Assembly: GCF_964355755.1 (NCBI RefSeq)
Contig: NC_092674.1
Coordinates: 27,776,001-27,840,000 of the forward strand
Length of the DNA stretch: 64,000 nt
Origin: Antedon mediterranea
Lineage: Eukaryota > Animalia > Echinodermata
Direction: 5' to 3'
A program made the position numbers and the translations under genes. Below the pieces are notes generated by a model, which had not been told where the DNA came from, did no database searches, and worked only from the letters and a program-made list of their open reading frames with translations. This document shows, piece by piece, positions 61,021-64,000 of this stretch (position 1 is the stretch's first letter; each line of letters starts with the position of its first letter).

Positions 61021-62668
61021 AAATTAGTAGACATTATAGACATTTTAGTAATAAGAAAAATATATATTACTAGATGGTACCATCTAGGTCATGCCCACAG
61101 ATGGTTCTGGAATACATAGTAATTTCAGCGTAAAAAACTGGCGATTTCAAATGTACGTACCGCATGACTATAAAACATTGTCGTTTACAGAAACAAATAA
61201 ATAGACACAATGATTTATGTAGTCAACCAAAATTAGCACCCTGCGAATTACTTCCAAAAGAGAAACTTGTCACAAAATGAGTCCAAATGTTTGATTTGGA
61301 CTAATTTAAACAAACCCAATTTGTGTCAGTGTATCTAACATTAGGGTTGAGGATGAGGATAGATACAAAGAGGAACAATTTTTAAATATATTCTTTATAT
61401 TAAATTATTCTTTATATTTCTTTATTATTCACTAAGTAATTTTTTTATAGGCCTATAAATAATATACCACTAATAGAGTAAAACATTTAAAGAATTAATA
61501 ACTGTTAAAATTGTCACTGTCATAGTCGATTGAAATAGTAAAGTACATGTAACGATACACCACTACGTCGTTTATATTTTTTGTAATTATTAATTAATAC
61601 AAACGTAGCGAAGCAACCTTCAGTAATAAAGTATTATATTATTATGTGTTTATAATCTAAAAGTAGGGGCTACCCACACCCACAGTAACAACGTTTATTA
61701 GCAATTTGTTTTATTATATCACACACAATAAGACATTTGCGATTCAAATGGCGATCAAAAGTGGTAATACCTATTTACAGTATTGTATAGCATTACAATA
61801 CTATTTATGTTTATTCTCCAAGGGCCCATAAATTTACCTACTTTTGTTAAAACTATGGAGGTATGCAAGCATGGTTAAACCAAATAATTTGCAATGTTCC
61901 ATTCATTGCAAATCAATACATTTATATAAACGTATATTAAATCTATCAAAATAGCATTTTTTAAAGAAAATCGGCCTGTCTGCAAAATTATGATGCTGTA
62001 CTCGAGCTGTTCAACAAGTTTTCAGCTATTAAAAACAATTATCGTAGGAGGAGATAGGAAAATGCGATGCATCCTCGTATTATTGTATTCGGGTATTATT
62101 CAAGATGGACATGCATTAGACAGTGTATAACACGATCGGAAAACACCCCTATTTGGGGCAAATAGTTGAACCTAAATTCGTTTTAATTGTCAGTAACTAC
62201 TTATCGAACTCAATTTAATTAGTAAACAGGGTTACATCAGGTGGTTAAAATCAGTATCGAATGTACGAACCAACTTTATATACCATCGCGTAAACATTCT
62301 AGAAATAATGCGTGAATTTTGCCCTTACGTAAATTTATATATAGATTATAAATAAGAGTCAGTTTCTCTCTGTAAATGAATAAATGAATAGAATAATACC
62401 ACACAACCAAATACAGTAGAGCTAGCAAAACAGAGTTGGAGGAGCAGAGTCTTCACATATGAAGTTGGCTCCAAATACGAAAAAGAAGAAGAAGAAGAAA
62501 CACGACCCGAATGTCGATGTCAACGAAAAATGTGCTTTTCGGTAACATTGGTTCAACCAATAGCAACCTTTTACAATTATGCTGGTATCATAAATACTTA
62601 TACAAAATACTATTGTATACTTTTAGTGTTACTTATTTCACTTATTGTCAAAATCGATACATGTAAGT

Positions 62669-64000
62669 ATGTCTAGAATGGCATTGTCGAAAAAGAATAG
62701 CTACGTGCATGCCCCGGGTCTGAAGCCTTTTATTGGGCTGACAATGCACGAAATGTTGGAAGAGAGGGTGGAGAAAAATCCGGACAGAGAAATGCTTGTT
62801 TTTGTTGCCGATAATGAACGAGTTACTTTTGCTGACTTTAAGAAAAGGGTGAGAATGAGATATTGTTTGAATGGTTTTTTTTTTCTTGTGTAACTTTTAT
62901 TATGTTCATTGGATGACATTGATGACAAGGATGTCGTTGGTAATGAGGATGGCGTTGATGACGAGGATGACGTTGATGGCGAGGATGTCGTTGGTGTAAT
63001 GAGGATGGCGTTGGTGACGAGAATGACGGTTATGGCGAGGATGTCGTTGATGACGAGGATGTCGTTGATGGCGAGGATGACGTTGATGACGTTAATGTCG
63101 TTGATGACGAGGATGATGTTGAAGATGTTTAATAATAATAATGATCCATTTTTTCTAATCTAAGGTCATTATATTTGCATGCGTTGGTAACATGGCCTAT
63201 GTTGGAGCAAGTAAATTGAGTCAAGTAGCGCCACTTCTTTTCGGTACAACTTCAGTGTTTCCTTCACCAAGCTACACATTTGAAAAGTTTGTTCAGGCCA
63301 TCGAAGCAGAAAGGTAAAGTAAATATGCGTTTAATTAACATTAACAAGGATTTAAAACGTACAATGATTATCACTGCTTGCATCGATCGATATTAAATAT
63401 GCGTCTCGATCTTTGCACGGTTTTCATTGGTATTACTGTAGGCCTACTGATCTTCTTTATTAGATGCCACTCCTTCTTGCTGATGATAGATGGTGTGGTT
63501 AATCTTGCGTATAATCCTATTTGTGACAAGTACGACCTGTCTTCATTGAAATTCGGTAATAACCAGTTTTAACTTCTATTTATATAAGTATAGTTATGAA
63601 CATATTTAACATTATCTATCTTAGAAAATCGAGGGGTAAAAATAAATATGTTGTGGTGTTTTTTGTTGTTGTTAAAGGTGTGACCAGTGGTTCGCATATT
63701 CCGCCAGATGTTATTTTTGAGTTGAACAAAAAGTATGGATTTCGCTTGTTGGTGCGTATAAAGTAATCTACCTTTACATCGCGTAGCAAAACTCAGGTGC
63801 GTTAAATAATACCGGTGTGGGGACACTCCGAAGTTTTGCTAGGCGATGTGAAATTATACATGGCGTGAGGAGCATCAACAAAGATGAACTTGTATATGGC
63901 GCATTTGCCGTTATTTGTTTTCGACGAATGAAAGTTTTATTTTCACCCCAGAATTCTTATGGATCAACAGAAACCACCAGCGTCAGCTCAATGGCAGTGG
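62669..64000 (+). pseudogene. ACSF2-like copy 9, internally deleted (exons 2-7 missing); runs off the window
   Basis: Exon 1 (62669/62678-62848) is followed ~315 bp later by exon 8 (63165), then exons 9, 10 and 11 (63952-), all with open frames; no TSGTTG P-loop. Confidence 0.7.
62910..63130. repeat. GAT/GAC-rich ~18-bp degenerate tandem repeat (intron-7 type)
   Basis: gatgtcgttgatgacgag-like units. Confidence 0.8.

Noticed and set aside
62909-63163. Acidic low-complexity ORF
   Set aside because: Same intron-7 GAT repeat, not coding evidence.
13060-64000. Array as an assembly artefact of one gene or as alternative exons of a single gene
   Set aside because: Introns, transposon insertions and lesions differ between copies, and each intact copy has its own start and stop.

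Overview
AT-rich, intron-containing eukaryotic (invertebrate-like) genomic DNA; most entries in the supplied ORF track are exon fragments or noise. 1-9.3 kb holds the last seven coding exons of a doublecortin-like kinase (DCLK) gene on +, with a 3.5-kb 26-bp minisatellite intron and one GC-AG intron. From 13 kb to the end lies a head-to-tail tandem array of at least nine ACSF2-like acyl-CoA synthetase (ANL adenylate-forming) genes of 18 coding exons and ~560 aa. Four look intact (13.1, 19.9, 32.2, 43.9 kb), one has a single nonsense codon (54.1 kb), three are broken (26.0, 51.3, 59.6 kb) and one has an in-frame loss of exons 2-7 (62.7 kb). The paralogues have non-canonical, hypervariable substrate-pocket motifs, while other exons are almost identical even at silent sites and the introns are largely unalignable. 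Interspersed are MITEs, tRNA-derived SINEs, LINE remnants, two copies of a repeat with a full tRNA cloverleaf (ATC anticodon) and two copies of a module with a minimal type I hammerhead ribozyme of the Penelope/retrozyme kind. One of each sits together inside a 70-bp inverted repeat just upstream of gene copy 4. All calls were made by eye, with no database searches.
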